Positions 61,921 through 64,000 of a stretch of DNA of 64,000 nucleotides are shown piece after piece. Source of the stretch: Lama guanicoe (Eukaryota); contig MU053881.1 of the NCBI GenBank assembly GCA_013239625.1, positions 15,492,373 to 15,556,372 of the forward strand. Direction: 5' to 3'. Position 1 is the first letter of the stretch; each line of letters begins with the position of its first letter. A program made the position numbers and the translations under genes. Below the pieces are notes generated by a model. It was not told the origin of the DNA, did not search any database, and worked only from the letters and a program-made list of their open reading frames with translations.

Positions 61921-64000
61921 AACTCGCCCTCTTGCCCCGCTCGATGGAGAGGACCTTGGAGAACCGAAAACTCCGGACCTCGAAAGTCTTTGGGAACTCC
62001 TGACCACTCCTTTTCCAAAATCAGTTTCCCAAACTCCAACCATCTCTCAACCTTTGCGTGCCTGGGGTCTGATCAAACCACGCACTTGCTGAGGGGACAA
62101 CTTTGCAGTGACTGGACACTTCCCTTTTGAAATCACCTCATCAAACGTCTGTTCCATGTGGGGGACCGTTGAAGTGGAGGAGCAGGATGTTGGCAAGTGG
62201 AGGTGCCTAGGATCTGGGCATGGGGGCTTCCAGGGGTAGAGGAGATGACTCCTGGGGCAAGACTGCCTTCTTTGGAAGGAGAGAGCCCACCTAGATTAGG
62301 CCCCTCCCCCAGTCCTAACTCCCAAAATCAATGCCAAGATGACAGGACAGCAGGAGACTATTGGGGAGGGTGCCCAAACGGTACCCCTTTCCCCTGGCAC
62401 TGAGGGTGGCCTTGATCAACATTCTTTCAATTGTTAAGGGCAGCTCAGAGAAGCCTTGGGGACTGGGGGAGTGGGGAACCCTTACCTCCTCCTTTCCCAG
62501 GCAGCCTCATTACCTCAGCCTCACCCTTTCCCCACCCTGTCCCCCTGTCACCCGGGTGACTGAATCTGGTTCTGTCCTCCCCAGCCTGGGGGCTCCTGGG
62601 GGCAGCAGCTCTCCCCATCTCTCTCCCAGCTTCCCATCTGTTTTTTCTTCCTGGCTCTGAGCTTTGGAGCAGGTCAGGAACATCTGATTGCTCATCATGG
62701 CCTAAGGGCAGCTGATCTGTTTTGTTTCTTCTGTGGTGTCCAGGAAATAGCTGGACCGAATGAATGAATGAGTGGACAGCTACTTGGGCAGGGGGTGGTC
62801 CTGTGGGCCAGTGACAGTGGTGAGGCTGAGCAGAGCCAGGTGATGGCCAGAGGTCAGCAGATGGGACTCCTGTTTCCTCCTCTAGAAAGTCTGTTCTTTA
62901 TCTCAGCCTGTTGGGGACATTGTGAGGAGGGCCTAGCGGCAGTGTCAGTGTGCAGGTCTGTGATGGTTGGGAAGTGGAGGCCTGGGGACCACCCATGCCC
63001 TGCTGTGTCCACAGGGACTCCAGAGTGGGGTTGTGGGGGCCCAAAAGGGATGCATTCTCAACCACACTCTATCCCTACTCCTTCCCCCCATCCAGTCTCC
63101 AGTCCCCTGCCCCAGGGCTCCTCTGACTCTTCTCAGCTCATTCCCACCTCTGGGCCTTTGCACTTGCTGTTCCCTTGCCTGGGTCACTGCGGACTTTCTA
63201 AAGCACAACAGTGAAGGAGCCACCCACATCATCTCCCTCGGGGTCTGGCACACATCCCTGCACTGCATTCAATGCCCTGGCCCCTGACAGCCTGAGCCAG
63301 CCCCGGGATGGGTCCCTGACCCACAAGAAGCATTCTCACCATACCTATGGGCTGACCTCAGTCTTCACAGACTGCTGCAGGGTTCCTGTAGCGTCTGACG
63401 CTTTCTGAATTCAAGTCCAACATGTAAACATCCAGAAATTCACAAAAGCATCAGCCACAGCCCCCAGAGGCCTTTCTAGCTTCTCCACCCTACCAGGCAC
63501 TGCAGACTCCGCACCTACCTTCTCCCTCTGGAAAGATCCCTCTTTCCCCTTTGGGCTCACTTGCCCTGAGGAATCAGGGACCTTCTTCAAGGAAACAAAC
63601 TTAGGATAGTCAGTCTGGTGACTGATCGCCTCCTGCCCAAGTTGATCCTGCTCTCTGCTGGAATCTCACCCCTCTCAGACAAGGCTGGCAGTGGCAGACA
63701 GGGATCAGGAGTGGATGAAGGTGGGGCTCTAGGTGGGGAATACCTGAATCTCCACTCCAGACAGAGCCTCATCGGCCCGCAGCTGGTTGGAAGGGACCTG
63801 AGGACGTGCAAATGAACGAAAGCTAGGATGCCCTCTGGACTCAAGCCCCAGAAAATGGCCTACAGACTGGGTGTGGGAGGGGCTGGCAGCTAAACACAAA
63901 GCCCCTCCCCCAGGGGCCCGAGGGCGGGGTCCCAAGTCCAGGGCAGTGGCGGTACATCTAGGTGCAGAAGACCTGGGAGAACATCACAGGAACTGAAGGA

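Overview
Mammalian genomic DNA, GC-rich and repeat-rich. It is probably camelid, judging from the tRNA-derived SINE family and the artiodactyl-type L1 3' ends; this is inference. Gene order matches the human IL12RB1-ARRDC2-KCNN1 cluster, read in reverse. The window holds three genes. (1) The last four coding exons of IL12RB1 (+, 1..2560). (2) Complete ARRDC2 (-, CDS 30431..36115) with two mutually exclusive, homologous first coding exons giving 401-aa and 396-aa isoforms. (3) Complete KCNN1/SK1 (-, CDS 38122..56888, 543 aa including a 9-nt microexon), with a CpG-island first exon near 61.5-61.9 kb. All exon phases close correctly with GT-AG junctions. Most notable unexplained structures: an in-frame 83-aa N-terminal extension of SK1 plus a 16-codon uORF ending 2 nt before the canonical ATG; a splicing hub in the calmodulin-binding domain; two separate arrays of the same 40-bp repeat bracketing KCNN1 exon 2; a ~1.2-kb AT-rich insert bounded by a 10-bp direct repeat; a dense forkhead/GRE/STAT motif cluster at 20.2-20.7 kb; and a CTCF site between the two ARRDC2 promoters. 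I found no prokaryote-type system (CRISPR etc.). Gene and repeat-family identities come from recall of homologous sequences, not from a database search.
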